Assembly (NCBI GenBank): GCA_963928635.1
Contig: CAWVFT010000072.1
Span: forward strand, 1-54,361
Direction of reading: 5' to 3'
DNA from: Bacillota bacterium
Lineage (GTDB): Bacteria > Bacillota > Clostridia > TANB77 > CAG-508
Length of the DNA: 54,361 nt
Part shown: positions 1-10,005 of the stretch, piece after piece
How the letters are laid out: every line of letters starts with the position of its first letter
How positions within the stretch are numbered: position 1 is the first letter of the stretch
The notes under the pieces: model-generated
Told to the model about the DNA's origin: nothing
What the model saw: the letters and a program-made list of their open reading frames with translations, nothing else
Database searches by the model: none
Made by a program: the position numbers and the translations under genes

Positions 1-243
1 ATTAATTTTTCCGTCTCCCCATTCTAAAAATTCTAACAAAAGTTTTTCAAACTTTTGAGAATTTTTGAACGGTCCCCACAAGTCCCTCCAAAATTAATAA
101 ATTATTATATTCTCGCGCTATTTAAATTTGATTATACTGAACTGTAACATGTTTTCTATTTTTATTATTTACATTAAATTTTCATTTATACAAAAAAATA
201 AACATATAATTTAAATGCTAAAATTATATGTTCATTTTTTTAC

Positions 244-1911
244 TTAAAGCCCTATATTATTATCTGGCCTGTATAATCCATATCGTTCTCTACCTAATGC
301 TATATAATAAATTTGTTTTATATTTGTTGAGCCTGAACCACTGCTATTTACCACTTCTAATACTGTTCCATCTTTTATATTTTCCCTTCTTACTATACTT
401 CCATAACATCCTGTTAAAACTGTTGGTGTCTGATTAACAACAAATGCAGGGAAATAATAATTTTTTGTTTGATCATCGTTTATAATAGTTTCTCTCTCAA
501 AATCCATTGCACTTCTACCTATTGCTCCAGATAAGCTTACACTTCCATTATATAAGTCATTATCTCTTATGTCATGATATGTTCCATCTTGTGTAACTAT
601 ATATATTGAGTCATCTGATACTAGTTCCTTATTTCTATTATTTGCTATTATTGAATATCCATTATATATTTTTCCACCAATAGGTAATCCTTGTAAAAAT
701 GTTATCATTGTTATATTATTTGCTACTGTATCCCATTCATCTGGCATTAATTCTGGCATTTGGAAATTAGCACTTGCTGAAGATACATTATTAAAATTAG
801 ATATTGCAACAGATAAATTTCTTTCTACTGAGTATTTTATTACATCCATTCTATGACTATTATATTCAGAGTTTTCCTCTTCTATTGTTCCTGTTTCTAA
901 TTCATCAAAGATCTTATGACTACCAAATAAATCTATTGCTTCTTGCTCATTTGTTATATCTACTGTTCGTGCATCTCTTGTTTCCAATTTGATTAGTCCT
1001 GTACTAATAATAGTTTGTTTTAAATTAAATGCTTCTTCATAATATCTATATGCATTATCATTATTTATAATTTGTTCTGGTTTATATTGTGTTGTATCAT
1101 GTCTTACACCATTTAAGAAACTAAACACTGTCCTCCCATCTCTAGAGACATAATATTTTACACCATTTATTTTTCTGCAAGCATATGGATGTATATCTAT
1201 AGTTCCGTCTCCATTTACATCTTCAAGTCTTAAGTTTTCATATACTGGCCCTTCCCCACCTTGAGAAATTGTTACTCCATTATATGTATATGTATAATCA
1301 TTTACTTTTTCTACTCCTGATAATAGATATCCTTTTACATCAATTGCCTCAGAATCATTTTTTCCTTTTATTGTTACATAATTATCTAATGAATATGTAA
1401 TTACTACATCTAAATTTCCTCTTTCATACCTACAACTATAATAAACATATGGTTTTAATCCAAATAGTGTCTCACCATTACTATATGTAGGTACTCCTCC
1501 ACTTTGTCTATAATTATCTGTTATAGTATTTGTTTCTTCATCCCATGTGTTCTGGTATGGTGAATAAATATAATAGCCATCATATAGAATAAATACAACA
1601 GCTGGTATAAATTCTTCTATTGCTTTATTATTATATCCACTCATTGAAAAATTAGTTCTTACTGATGTATAAAAGGCATTTACTGCTGCTTCTATATTTT
1701 CAATTTTGTAGTTTGCAAAAATTGATTCATCTCCATTAAATGTATTTATTTGAAATGCTTCTACTGCATCAGCAGTAGCGTTATCTAATTTTTCATCATA
1801 TGAAATTTGTAACCTCAATGTCTGTACTCTATTTGCTGTATAATTAGCCAATACTACTGATATTGGCAAGATTATAATTATAAAGATTACTGCCAGATTC
1901 TGTAATTTCAT
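244..1911 (-). CDS. Large Tad-locus accessory protein (TadG/minor-pilin-like), single N-terminal TM helix, 555 aa
   Basis: Last gene of the pilus operon; N-terminal hydrophobic helix MKLQNLAVIFIIIILPISVVL followed by a long soluble domain; AAGGA RBS upstream; contains a DxNxDG loop (DVNGDGTID). Confidence 0.6.
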   Translation of the reverse strand: MKLQNLAVIFIIIILPISVVLANYTANRVQTLRLQISYDEKLDNATADAVEAFQINTFNGDESIFANYKIENIEAAVNAFYTSVRTNFSMSGYNNKAIEEFIPAVVFILYDGYYIYSPYQNTWDEETNTITDNYRQSGGVPTYSNGETLFGLKPYVYYSCRYERGNLDVVITYSLDNYVTIKGKNDSEAIDVKGYLLSGVEKVNDYTYTYNGVTISQGGEGPVYENLRLEDVNGDGTIDIHPYACRKINGVKYYVSRDGRTVFSFLNGVRHDTTQYKPEQIINNDNAYRYYEEAFNLKQTIISTGLIKLETRDARTVDITNEQEAIDLFGSHKIFDELETGTIEEENSEYNSHRMDVIKYSVERNLSVAISNFNNVSSASANFQMPELMPDEWDTVANNITMITFLQGLPIGGKIYNGYSIIANNRNKELVSDDSIYIVTQDGTYHDIRDNDLYNGSVSLSGAIGRSAMDFERETIINDDQTKNYYFPAFVVNQTPTVLTGCYGSIVRRENIKDGTVLEVVNSSGSGSTNIKQIYYIALGRERYGLYRPDNNIGL

Positions 1912-1935
1912 TATTCATCTTCCTTTTCATTCTTA

Positions 1936-1963
1936 AATAGCTTGTAATAAAATTACAAGCTAT
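1936..1963. terminator. Intergenic hairpin (possible terminator or mRNA-stabilising stem)
   Basis: atagcttgtaat-aaa-attacaagctat inverted repeat between the last two genes of the operon. Confidence 0.5.
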
Positions 1964-1984
1964 ACTTTAGTATATTATCATCAT

Positions 1985-2518
1985 CTATTTACCAGTAGCA
2001 TTTATCATTCCAGCGCTTTCTGCTACAATAGTATATGTATCATTACCCGTAACTGTATAAAAGAAGTTTTTCAATTGTTGTGCTAATGTTAAATTCGTAT
2101 TTTTTACTTTAACTGATACAATGTCTCCTTCTTTTAGATTATAGTTTTGAGGTGTTCCAGTGTCAGGATCTATGACATCTAGTATTTGTGATGTATATAT
2201 TGAATAATATACATTTTCTCCTATTATTGTTGATTGAGCCTGCTCAGTCTTTTTTCCTGGATTCTCATCTAATACTTTTACCTCAATTTCTACATCATAT
2301 GTATTTCCTGTTGCTGTTATGTTTTGCATAAAAGTGCTATAATTGTCTGGTGTAATTCTTCCAGTAGTTCTTATTGTATCAACAAAGTCTGCTGTTGCTG
2401 TTTCTACTGATAATTGAGATACATCATCTGTTCTATCTGCCATTGTCATTAGTGGAAATATTAGCATCAGTACTGCTGCTAACACTATTGCGATTACTGT
2501 TATTAATGTATCACTCAT
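1985..2518 (-). CDS. Pilin-like / TadE-like membrane-anchored protein, 177 aa
   Basis: N-terminal hydrophobic helix (TLITVIAIVLAAVLMLIFPL), AAGGAGG RBS, position in Tad-like operon. Confidence 0.6.
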   Translation of the reverse strand: MSDTLITVIAIVLAAVLMLIFPLMTMADRTDDVSQLSVETATADFVDTIRTTGRITPDNYSTFMQNITATGNTYDVEIEVKVLDENPGKKTEQAQSTIIGENVYYSIYTSQILDVIDPDTGTPQNYNLKEGDIVSVKVKNTNLTLAQQLKNFFYTVTGNDTYTIVAESAGMINATGK

Positions 2519-2536
2519 CTCTATTTCCTCCTTTTA

Positions 2537-3193
2537 TTAATTTATTACATATGTAATGATTCTTTTTTCTACTTTATTTGCATCTGGTTGTTCTGTACTA
2601 CTAAAATCTTGATCTGTAGTGGTTTCTGTTTCTGATGTTTCCACTGGATAATATACTCCTAAGTATTCTTTAATCGTTTTGTTTTTTAACCTATCATATA
2701 GGGTTCCATATGGTAATTCAATCCTCTTGTTTCCATTGATTCCATACCAATTGTTAAAATTTACATCATCTTGTATTCCATATATAATGTAATGTAAAAA
2801 TGTTTTATTATTTTGATTTCTATCTTCTGTTGTTATAACTCCTCCATCATATTCAAATGCAGAATCTAATACACTTCTTTCTACTGAATTTCCTGAAGAA
2901 TATGTACATTTGTATATTGGTCTTCCATCTGCAAATTGAAATACAATTTTATATTGTTCATTATAAGCTCTATATATTGATGGTATTACAGTTTCTAATC
3001 CAACTGTTCTTTCTGTTCCTGTTGCTTCATAATAATAATCTCCATCTATATATACAGTTTCTCTATCTCTGTAATTTAATATAACATCTGATGCTTGTCT
3101 TACTTGTCCAAAAGATACAATACTAATAGAAAGTGCTATTACAAATATTAATACTGCTCCTGCCATTTTTAGAGCATCTGCTGCATTTTCCAT
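2537..3193 (-). CDS. MENA-type pilin-like protein (minor pilin candidate)
   Basis: Starts MENAADALKMAGAVLIFVIALSISIVSF, homologous to neighbouring MENASKAL proteins; AGAGGAGG RBS places the start at 3193 rather than 3202. Confidence 0.75.
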   Translation of the reverse strand: MENAADALKMAGAVLIFVIALSISIVSFGQVRQASDVILNYRDRETVYIDGDYYYEATGTERTVGLETVIPSIYRAYNEQYKIVFQFADGRPIYKCTYSSGNSVERSVLDSAFEYDGGVITTEDRNQNNKTFLHYIIYGIQDDVNFNNWYGINGNKRIELPYGTLYDRLKNKTIKEYLGVYYPVETSETETTTDQDFSSTEQPDANKVEKRIITYVIN

Positions 3194-3259
3194 TAGTATC
3201 AACCTCCTCTATTTTATATTCTTATCTAATAAATGATTTACACCAAATCATAGCTCTTA

Positions 3260-3673
3260 TTATGGTGTTGCATCTTGGTCAAAAATAATTATTTTATTTA
3301 CTTTACCATCTGTACTATATCCTAGTGTAACTTTATAATCATGTGATGATTCAATTCCTGAAGTACTTGTTAGAGCACTTCCTGATCCAGTAGTATCTGC
3401 TGCACTAGCTCCTTTTAATACTTGAACAGTATTTCCAGAACCATTTGCATTTACTGCAAAAACTTCTTGCATCATTGATTTTACTACTGTTCCTTTTCTT
3501 TCTCCTTCATATTTTACAAATTGTTCATTAAAAGTTTGCAATTCTGCTTGTGTCATACCACTATTGTTTACAGTATCTTGTGCTTGACTAAATATTATAA
3601 TACCTAAAGATATTAATAATATTGCAAGTAATATAGCTCCTGCTATAATTAAAGCTTTTGACGCATTCTCCAT
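3260..3673 (-). CDS. MENASKAL pilin-like protein, 137 aa (major pilin candidate)
   Basis: Long hydrophobic N-terminal helix, small variable C-terminal head; GGAGG RBS; tandem paralog of 3715-4101. Confidence 0.8.
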   Translation of the reverse strand: MENASKALIIAGAILLAILLISLGIIIFSQAQDTVNNSGMTQAELQTFNEQFVKYEGERKGTVVKSMMQEVFAVNANGSGNTVQVLKGASAADTTGSGSALTSTSGIESSHDYKVTLGYSTDGKVNKIIIFDQDATP

Positions 3674-3714
3674 TTTACATTCCTCCTATAAAAAATATAT
3701 ATAATATTTATGAA

Positions 3715-4101
3715 TTATCCTGTTACATTTATCGTAGTAACTCTACCTGTACCAGTTGTGTCATATACTAATTCTACATTATATGTGCTTGCATTGTTTA
3801 TATCTTTGGTTGGGTTTGTTGTAGATATTGCTGTGTCATTAACATTTACAGTAATTGTATATCCAGAACCATTATTGTTTATAGCTAAAACTTCTTGAAT
3901 CATTGTTTTTACTACTGTTCCTTTTTGATCACCTTCATATTTAACAAGCTGACCATTAAATGTTTGAACCTCTGCTTGTGTCATACCACAATTGTTTACA
4001 GTGTCTTGTGCTTGACTGAATATTATAATACATAAAGATATTAATAATATTGCAAGTAATATTGCTCCTGCTATAATTAATGCTTTTGATGCATTCTCCA
4101 T
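3715..4101 (-). CDS. MENASKAL pilin-like protein, 128 aa (major pilin candidate)
   Basis: First ~70 residues nearly identical to 3260-3673; same GGAGGAATGTAAAATG initiation region. Confidence 0.8.
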   Translation of the reverse strand: MENASKALIIAGAILLAILLISLCIIIFSQAQDTVNNCGMTQAEVQTFNGQLVKYEGDQKGTVVKTMIQEVLAINNNGSGYTITVNVNDTAISTTNPTKDINNASTYNVELVYDTTGTGRVTTINVTG

Positions 4102-4130
4102 TTTACATTCCTCCTTTGTTTATTTTCTAT

Positions 4131-4158
4131 ATTATAATTCAACTACTTACATAGTCAA
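4131..4158 (-). promoter_or_regulatory. Internal sigma-A-like promoter upstream of the two short pilins
   Basis: TTGACT-N16-TATAAT on the minus strand. Confidence 0.5.
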
Positions 4159-4170
4159 AATTTTAAAAAC

Positions 4171-4602
4171 TTAACTTGTAATTTGTTCAAATAACATATA
4201 TTTTATCTTGTTAGTGGCTTCATGATATTCTACATTTGTACATTTAAATTTTATTTGATTATAATATTTTATAAAATTATCCATTCCACTATTATAAAAT
4301 GTTTCCATATCATATGTAGTTTCATTATCTGTTATTTTCACTTGTATTTTCATTGAATTTGTATTATTTGCTATATATATACCTTTTTCATCTTTTTTTA
4401 CATTATTTTTATTGTTATCATTTATTGCTCTATTGATTACTGATGCTAAATCAGAACCAAATATTTCTCTATTTAAATATGTCTCATATGGCATATTTTC
4501 TGTTATTGCTGTGTTTCTATTTGCTATAAAATTTAGATACATGTATGATATAGCACAAACAATAGCAACAACTATAACCAAAAATACTACGAATTTCTTC
4601 AT
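4171..4602 (-). CDS. Pilin-family paralog lacking the MENASKAL N-terminus, 143 aa
   Basis: N-terminal TM; shares YxxxxxxGxxxxSxxN and C-terminal FKCxxxxY...(K/Q)(I/V)KxM motifs with 5200-5901 and 4670-5125. Confidence 0.65.
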   Translation of the reverse strand: MKKFVVFLVIVVAIVCAISYMYLNFIANRNTAITENMPYETYLNREIFGSDLASVINRAINDNNKNNVKKDEKGIYIANNTNSMKIQVKITDNETTYDMETFYNSGMDNFIKYYNQIKFKCTNVEYHEATNKIKYMLFEQITS

Positions 4603-4616
4603 CTTTCATCCTTTAA

Positions 4617-4645
4617 ATTATAACATATTTTATGATATTTTTCAA
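4617..4645 (-). promoter_or_regulatory. Internal sigma-A-like promoter
   Basis: TTGAAA-N17-TATAAT with extended -10 TG. Confidence 0.4.
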
Positions 4646-4669
4646 CTTTGTTTTTCTAATTTATAGTAC

Positions 4670-5125
4670 CTAATTTGTTTTAAAATATACTTCTCTTATT
4701 CTACCATTTTGATTATCATATGTAACACTAGTGCAAGTATATAATTTTTCCCCTAATCCTGTATTTTGTATGTAAGTATCTAGCTCAGTTTGTGTTTTTG
4801 TAGATAGAACTGTTGTATTATCTAAATAAACATTTATCTGATATCCATTTTCTGCATTTGCATAATTGTTTACGTTTTTATAATTACTATTATTTTCTTT
4901 TGCTAGATTTACAACAGATATTAATTCATATACAGTAATATTATTTCTTCCTAAATATGTTGTAAATTGTGTATTAAATTGTGTTAATTGTCTTTCTGTA
5001 TTTTCTTTATTAATTTCAGCAGAAGTTGTTCCAAAATCTGTAAATAAATATACGCCCAATGAAATTATCATAATTGCTATTAATACTCCTCCTGCCATAA
5101 TTAGAGCTTTTGACGCATTTTCCAT
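4670..5125 (-). CDS. MENASKAL pilin-like protein
   Basis: MENASKALIMAGGVLIAIMIISLGVYLF; start reassigned to 5125 by homology with paralogs. Confidence 0.8.
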   Translation of the reverse strand: MENASKALIMAGGVLIAIMIISLGVYLFTDFGTTSAEINKENTERQLTQFNTQFTTYLGRNNITVYELISVVNLAKENNSNYKNVNNYANAENGYQINVYLDNTTVLSTKTQTELDTYIQNTGLGEKLYTCTSVTYDNQNGRIREVYFKTN

Positions 5126-5134
5126 AATAAATTT

Positions 5135-5194
5135 CATTCCTTTCTCGCTTCGCTCTAAAGGCACACATAGTAATGAAAGAATTCTTTCAAACTA
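5135..5194 (-). repeat. 60-bp RBS-bearing repeat, copy 1
   Basis: 57/60 identical to 30849-30908; contains palindrome TGAAAGAATTCTTTCA and GAGAAAGGA SD. Confidence 0.85.
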
Positions 5195-5199
5195 TACCT

Positions 5200-5901
5200 C
5201 TATTTTACAAATTCAACTTCCATTGATTTAACTTGTCCAGTATCAGAATAATAATCTAAATTATTGCATTTAAATGTTGCGGACTTTAAAGAATAATATT
5301 CTTGATATTTTTCTAAATATTCAACTAATTCAGAACCATAATCAAGTCCGTGATATTTTTTCCCTATAATACTTGTAGCTGTAACATTTCTACCATAGGT
5401 ATCTTTGCCTGTCCTTAAAGATTCTATTTGTGATACTAATTTTTTCATTCCGTCTAATGAATACTCTTCTTCTTCTTGTCTGTAAGTATCTATTAGAGTA
5501 AAGAAATTTGTACTACCATCTTTTCCTATAGTATATGTTCCTGCTGTAAATACTTTAATATCTCTTGGTTTAGAAGAAATTCTTTCTGCGAATTTAATTG
5601 TGTCAATTTTAACTGTTAATGTTATTTTTTGACTATAATCTAATTCTCCAACTTTGCCAGATCTTCTTGAATAGTCATATACCATATTAGCTAAGCTAAT
5701 AACTTCTGTACCTGTTAAATCATTTCTTTCGTATTGAGTAAATTGTTCATTAAAAGTTGCTAATTGTCCGCTTTCTATTAAATCTGAATTACTTTTTTGA
5801 TAATCTGATAAATTATTAAACATTAAGAGTAACGCACCAAGTACTAAAAGTGCTATTAATATTCCCCCTGCCATAATCAAAGCTTTTGAAGCATTCTCCA
5901 T
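5200..5901 (-). CDS. MENASKAL pilin-like protein, 233 aa
   Basis: MENASKALIMAGGILIALLVLGALLLMF; AAGGAGG RBS. Confidence 0.8.
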   Translation of the reverse strand: MENASKALIMAGGILIALLVLGALLLMFNNLSDYQKSNSDLIESGQLATFNEQFTQYERNDLTGTEVISLANMVYDYSRRSGKVGELDYSQKITLTVKIDTIKFAERISSKPRDIKVFTAGTYTIGKDGSTNFFTLIDTYRQEEEEYSLDGMKKLVSQIESLRTGKDTYGRNVTATSIIGKKYHGLDYGSELVEYLEKYQEYYSLKSATFKCNNLDYYSDTGQVKSMEVEFVK

Positions 5902-5941
5902 GATACATTACCCTCCTTATTTTTTAGTAATTTCCTTAATT

Positions 5942-8011
5942 CTACATACTTGACATTGAACTAAATGAACTTGACATACTTGTTAATCCTATAAATACTA
6001 ATGGTATTATAAGATATCCAACAAACATACATACCATAGGTGCAAAACCTATAAATCTACCAATCATTGCCTTTCTACTAATTAAACGTTCATTTGATTC
6101 TTTTCTCTTTTCTCTATAGTAATCTCTTTCTGAATCTAGTTCATCAAAAGCATCTTTAATTGGTATTTTTTCAACTGCTGCTTGCAAACTTTCTATAATT
6201 TGAATTAATGGTTGATAAGAAATTTCATCTTTCATTTCTTCTAATGCTTCCCATGCACCTGCTTCATAATTATTTACGCATCTAGCAATTGGTTCTTTAA
6301 AAATGTTTGCATACCTTTCTAGCCATTCTAAAATTATTTCAACATTTACTCTTTCAATTCTCATAAGCATTAATATAATCGTTTGGAATTGCATTACTTC
6401 GTCTTCCATTTCTAATTGCCTCATTTTAGCTTGGAAATATAATATCCAAATAGGTGCCATATATCCAACTATTGCAAATACAAATGCTAATAAGATTTCA
6501 AACCATTTTAAATATTCGCTATTTACAACTTGTAATTTTTCATAAATTCTATCTACTGCTGTTGTAATTTCTTCTTCTGCTGCTCCTTCATAAAAATCTG
6601 ATCTTTCCACTGCAGTTTGAAGTTGCTCTTTAGTTACGTTCATATTTCCTTTAAATCTATCTAAGAATGTATTATCTTGCTCTGTAACTTCCATTGCTTC
6701 CTGTTCTTCTTTGTCAGAGAGACTTATCAAATTATAATCTGTCGTCGGCTCTGTGTATATATAATCTATTGCTATATTATGTAATTGTGTAAATATAAAT
6801 ATTGAAGCTATAAAAACTATTATTGTATATGTAAGCCTATTTACATATAACCATTCTATTTTTAAAGGAGAGGCTGCTTTTTTCATCAATTCTTTTAACT
6901 TTCTTCTCTCCTTTGTTCCATCTTTTGGTATAAATAAATCGACAATTTTTTTGATTATTGGATTTTTATATAATTTTTGTTGCCATGGATTTTCTGTGTT
7001 TTTAGTTTTCATATTTATTGAGCCATTGTCTTTTAGCTTTCTTACTAATACATAAGATATTACCGTCAAGATTAATATTAATATTTGAACAATCATTCCT
7101 GATTTACCTAAATACCAACTTTTAACAAATGAAAAATTTGATATTGCCCAATTTTTTAATGGCTCTAATAATACAACTGGTGCTATTGATATGAATGATA
7201 AACTCTGAAATACATAGTTTAATTTATCTCTTTTTAAAATCTCTAATTGTAGTTCCTGTGTTATGTTATCCACATTTTTTAAATATAGTGATGCGCCATC
7301 TACTTTTCTATCACCAAATTCTTTTGTTAAGTATGAAATTCCAGCAAATTCTTTTAGATAACTATTAGGTGCTACATCATAATATTTTTCTAATTCTGTT
7401 TCAGGGTCATCTGATATTAATATCTCATATATCTTTTCCCCTTGTCTCGATATGTCTAATTCGTCATCTTGTGATACTTGATATATTGCTTCTTCCACCA
7501 TGTTATATTCATGATAAGCATGTCTTATTTCAGAAAAAAATTGTATTTGTTGTTTTAGCAAATTATCATCTATCTTATCTACAAATCCATCTATTAATGT
7601 GTCTATCATAAATAATTCAAATATTAATACTATAAACATTAATAAATAGTTTGAACTTGTAATTATAATACTTATTATTATTATTGGAATTAATATTGCA
7701 AGTGCTTTTGTTAAAATTTTAGAGGCTTCTTTTCTTGTGTTATATTCATCATCTATGTTTATAATTTCTAGTCTTCTTCTTAATTTAAATATATATCTTT
7801 TAATAAATGGAATTTTCACATAAGTTATATATAATTTCTGATATAATACTTCTAAAGAAAAACTTTTTTGTTTAGTTCCTCTTTGCAACCTTTGAATTTC
7901 TTTGTATTCAGATTTCTGCATCTTTTTTCTTAATATAAAGTATGCAAGAAGTATTAATAGAAAAGCTCCTACAGTTACTCCCATTATAATATATATTGTT
8001 TGATTTGACAC
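5942..8011 (-). CDS. Pilus membrane platform protein, probable TadB-TadC (two T2SS-F-like halves) fusion, 689 aa
   Basis: Multiple TM clusters in two repeated halves; directly downstream of the CpaF-type ATPase; GTG start with GGAGGTG RBS. Confidence 0.65.
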   Translation of the reverse strand: MSNQTIYIIMGVTVGAFLLILLAYFILRKKMQKSEYKEIQRLQRGTKQKSFSLEVLYQKLYITYVKIPFIKRYIFKLRRRLEIINIDDEYNTRKEASKILTKALAILIPIIIISIIITSSNYLLMFIVLIFELFMIDTLIDGFVDKIDDNLLKQQIQFFSEIRHAYHEYNMVEEAIYQVSQDDELDISRQGEKIYEILISDDPETELEKYYDVAPNSYLKEFAGISYLTKEFGDRKVDGASLYLKNVDNITQELQLEILKRDKLNYVFQSLSFISIAPVVLLEPLKNWAISNFSFVKSWYLGKSGMIVQILILILTVISYVLVRKLKDNGSINMKTKNTENPWQQKLYKNPIIKKIVDLFIPKDGTKERRKLKELMKKAASPLKIEWLYVNRLTYTIIVFIASIFIFTQLHNIAIDYIYTEPTTDYNLISLSDKEEQEAMEVTEQDNTFLDRFKGNMNVTKEQLQTAVERSDFYEGAAEEEITTAVDRIYEKLQVVNSEYLKWFEILLAFVFAIVGYMAPIWILYFQAKMRQLEMEDEVMQFQTIILMLMRIERVNVEIILEWLERYANIFKEPIARCVNNYEAGAWEALEEMKDEISYQPLIQIIESLQAAVEKIPIKDAFDELDSERDYYREKRKESNERLISRKAMIGRFIGFAPMVCMFVGYLIIPLVFIGLTSMSSSFSSMSSM

Positions 8012-8030
8012 CTATTTTCACCTCCTGCTA

Positions 8031-9989
8031 CTATACATTTTTAGCTTTTCTTCCACGTTTCTTTATTTCAGTTTGCTCTTCTTTTGCTGTAGATACTGGT
8101 TGTAATAAATCTCCCCAGTGTTTTTCTATAAATTTATCAAATTCTTCTACATCTGATTCATCCATATTATTTCTCATTTCTAAAATGTTTTCTTTAGAAA
8201 TTGGGTTTGTTATAACATATTTACCATCTACATATTCCATTATATTATGGTATGTATATAATTGTTTATCTGTACTTTTTTCAAAATATCTTGTAGCATT
8301 ATCAAAAAATTTGTCGTACTTTTTTTCCATAGATTTTTCATTTCTATGTTCAAATGTGTATTCATTTTTATTTTCTACTGGTATACATTCTGTAATTCTT
8401 TGTATATATCTTTTTCCTCTAAAATCTTTTACTTGGTGTACATCAAAGTTTAAAACTTGTACAACTTGTTCTTCTGCTGTTTTTTCGTCTGTAAACACTC
8501 CTGTTCTTAACATTGAGTTACGTAATGCTGTAACTAAGTTTGGAAATGTTTTAGCATGATGTGTAAATAATGTAAATTTAGAAGCAACTTGTGCTGCTTG
8601 AATCATCCAAGATGCTACAGGGTCTGTTGCAACCTCACCTATGATATTTACAGAACCATCTGTTTTCTTTTGAACGTCCAAACCTTCTTGTCCAGAAATA
8701 GTATCAGTTTCTCTAAATGTTAAAATATTTCTTGTTGGATATATTTTTCTTAAGTGTAACTCAAAGGCTGTCTCTTGAACACGAATATTCATTGTTTCAT
8801 AAATATTCTCTATCATTCCCATTAAAAGTGTAGTTTTACCAGAACCTTGCTCTCCAGTAATTGCTGTAATTCTAGCTCCTTTAACTAGGAATTTTAATAA
8901 TTGTATTACGTCTTCTTTTCCAGGGTCTCTTACTAATTGTTCTAATGTAGCACGTTTTACATCAAATTTTCTTACAAAGAATGCCCATGTTTCTGAGAAA
9001 CTCGGTCTTACAACAACTACACGAGATCCATCTTTCATTTCGTTTATTTTATAACCATTTGTATCTGACAATTGTCCTGGGTTATTGTATTTATATATAT
9101 TTTGGCATACTCTTTTTAATTCTGCTTCTGTTCCAAATGATAAAAATGCTAGTCGTATAGACTTACCCTGGAAAAATATCCATATACTATCACAAGCTCT
9201 TGGTACCTTATGTTCTGCAACTTGATTTAAATAATCTCTACCTGCTGTTTGTGCCACTTGGCTTAAGAAACTTTCTGGTAATCCTGATACTCCTCCTGAA
9301 ACACCATCTATATTCATATCTCTTATTTCGTCTATACTACTATATCCTTTGTAATGCTGGTATATTCTTTGTACCACTATTGCTAGCTTATCTGAAAAAT
9401 TTAATTGAATATTTTCTTTTTCGTATATATCTTCTATTTCTTTTGGCATTATCACATAAGATGGTTTTGTCTCACCTTCTACATATTTTAAATCTGCTAA
9501 ATTATATTTATTTATTAACTGTGTTAAAGCTTCATAACCATAGTCTTTTTTATAAATATATAACAAAATATCAAATTTATCTTGAGCTGTAAGTAATGAA
9601 GGTGTATCGAAAGGAATTGCCCTAGAAATATTTGTTTCATCAACACCGTATTCTGACGAAAGTAAATCAAATATTAACTCTTTAACATATTTTTTATCAT
9701 TGACATCTCCATATGTACATCCTTTTAATGCTTTTTTTAACTCGTACTTTTTATTTTTCCTTCTTTTCAACTCTTCTTCTGATAATCCTATATCATACAA
9801 ATTAACTTTTGTTATTTCGTCTAATCTTCTTTTTACAAATTCTTTCATCTTATCAAGAGTATAGGTTTTGTCGTCAATATTTATTGTTTCTTCCACTTCT
9901 TCATTTTTTCTTTTTTTAATATAATAAAAGATTATAAAAAATGCTGCCACTATAACAATTAATGTTAATAATATATTAGTTATAGTCAT
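8031..9989 (-). CDS. cpaF: CpaF/TadA (VirB11-family) pilus assembly ATPase with N-terminal TM helix
   Basis: Walker A GEQGSGKT, Walker B VNIIGEV, His box FTHHA, DGSRV motif; AAAGGAG RBS before MTITNILL. Confidence 0.8.
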   Translation of the reverse strand: MTITNILLTLIVIVAAFFIIFYYIKKRKNEEVEETINIDDKTYTLDKMKEFVKRRLDEITKVNLYDIGLSEEELKRRKNKKYELKKALKGCTYGDVNDKKYVKELIFDLLSSEYGVDETNISRAIPFDTPSLLTAQDKFDILLYIYKKDYGYEALTQLINKYNLADLKYVEGETKPSYVIMPKEIEDIYEKENIQLNFSDKLAIVVQRIYQHYKGYSSIDEIRDMNIDGVSGGVSGLPESFLSQVAQTAGRDYLNQVAEHKVPRACDSIWIFFQGKSIRLAFLSFGTEAELKRVCQNIYKYNNPGQLSDTNGYKINEMKDGSRVVVVRPSFSETWAFFVRKFDVKRATLEQLVRDPGKEDVIQLLKFLVKGARITAITGEQGSGKTTLLMGMIENIYETMNIRVQETAFELHLRKIYPTRNILTFRETDTISGQEGLDVQKKTDGSVNIIGEVATDPVASWMIQAAQVASKFTLFTHHAKTFPNLVTALRNSMLRTGVFTDEKTAEEQVVQVLNFDVHQVKDFRGKRYIQRITECIPVENKNEYTFEHRNEKSMEKKYDKFFDNATRYFEKSTDKQLYTYHNIMEYVDGKYVITNPISKENILEMRNNMDESDVEEFDKFIEKHWGDLLQPVSTAKEEQTEIKKRGRKAKNV

Positions 9990-10005
9990 TTGTTTTTTCT
10001 CCTTT

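Noticed and set aside
1190-1225. Dockerin in the 555-aa Tad protein (DVNGDGTID)
   Set aside because: Single loop without the second repeat or following helix pattern; at most an isolated Ca-binding loop
8031-9989. Conjugative T4SS interpretation of the VirB11-family ATPase
   Set aside because: No VirB4, coupling protein or relaxase; neighbours are CpaB- and TadB/C-like
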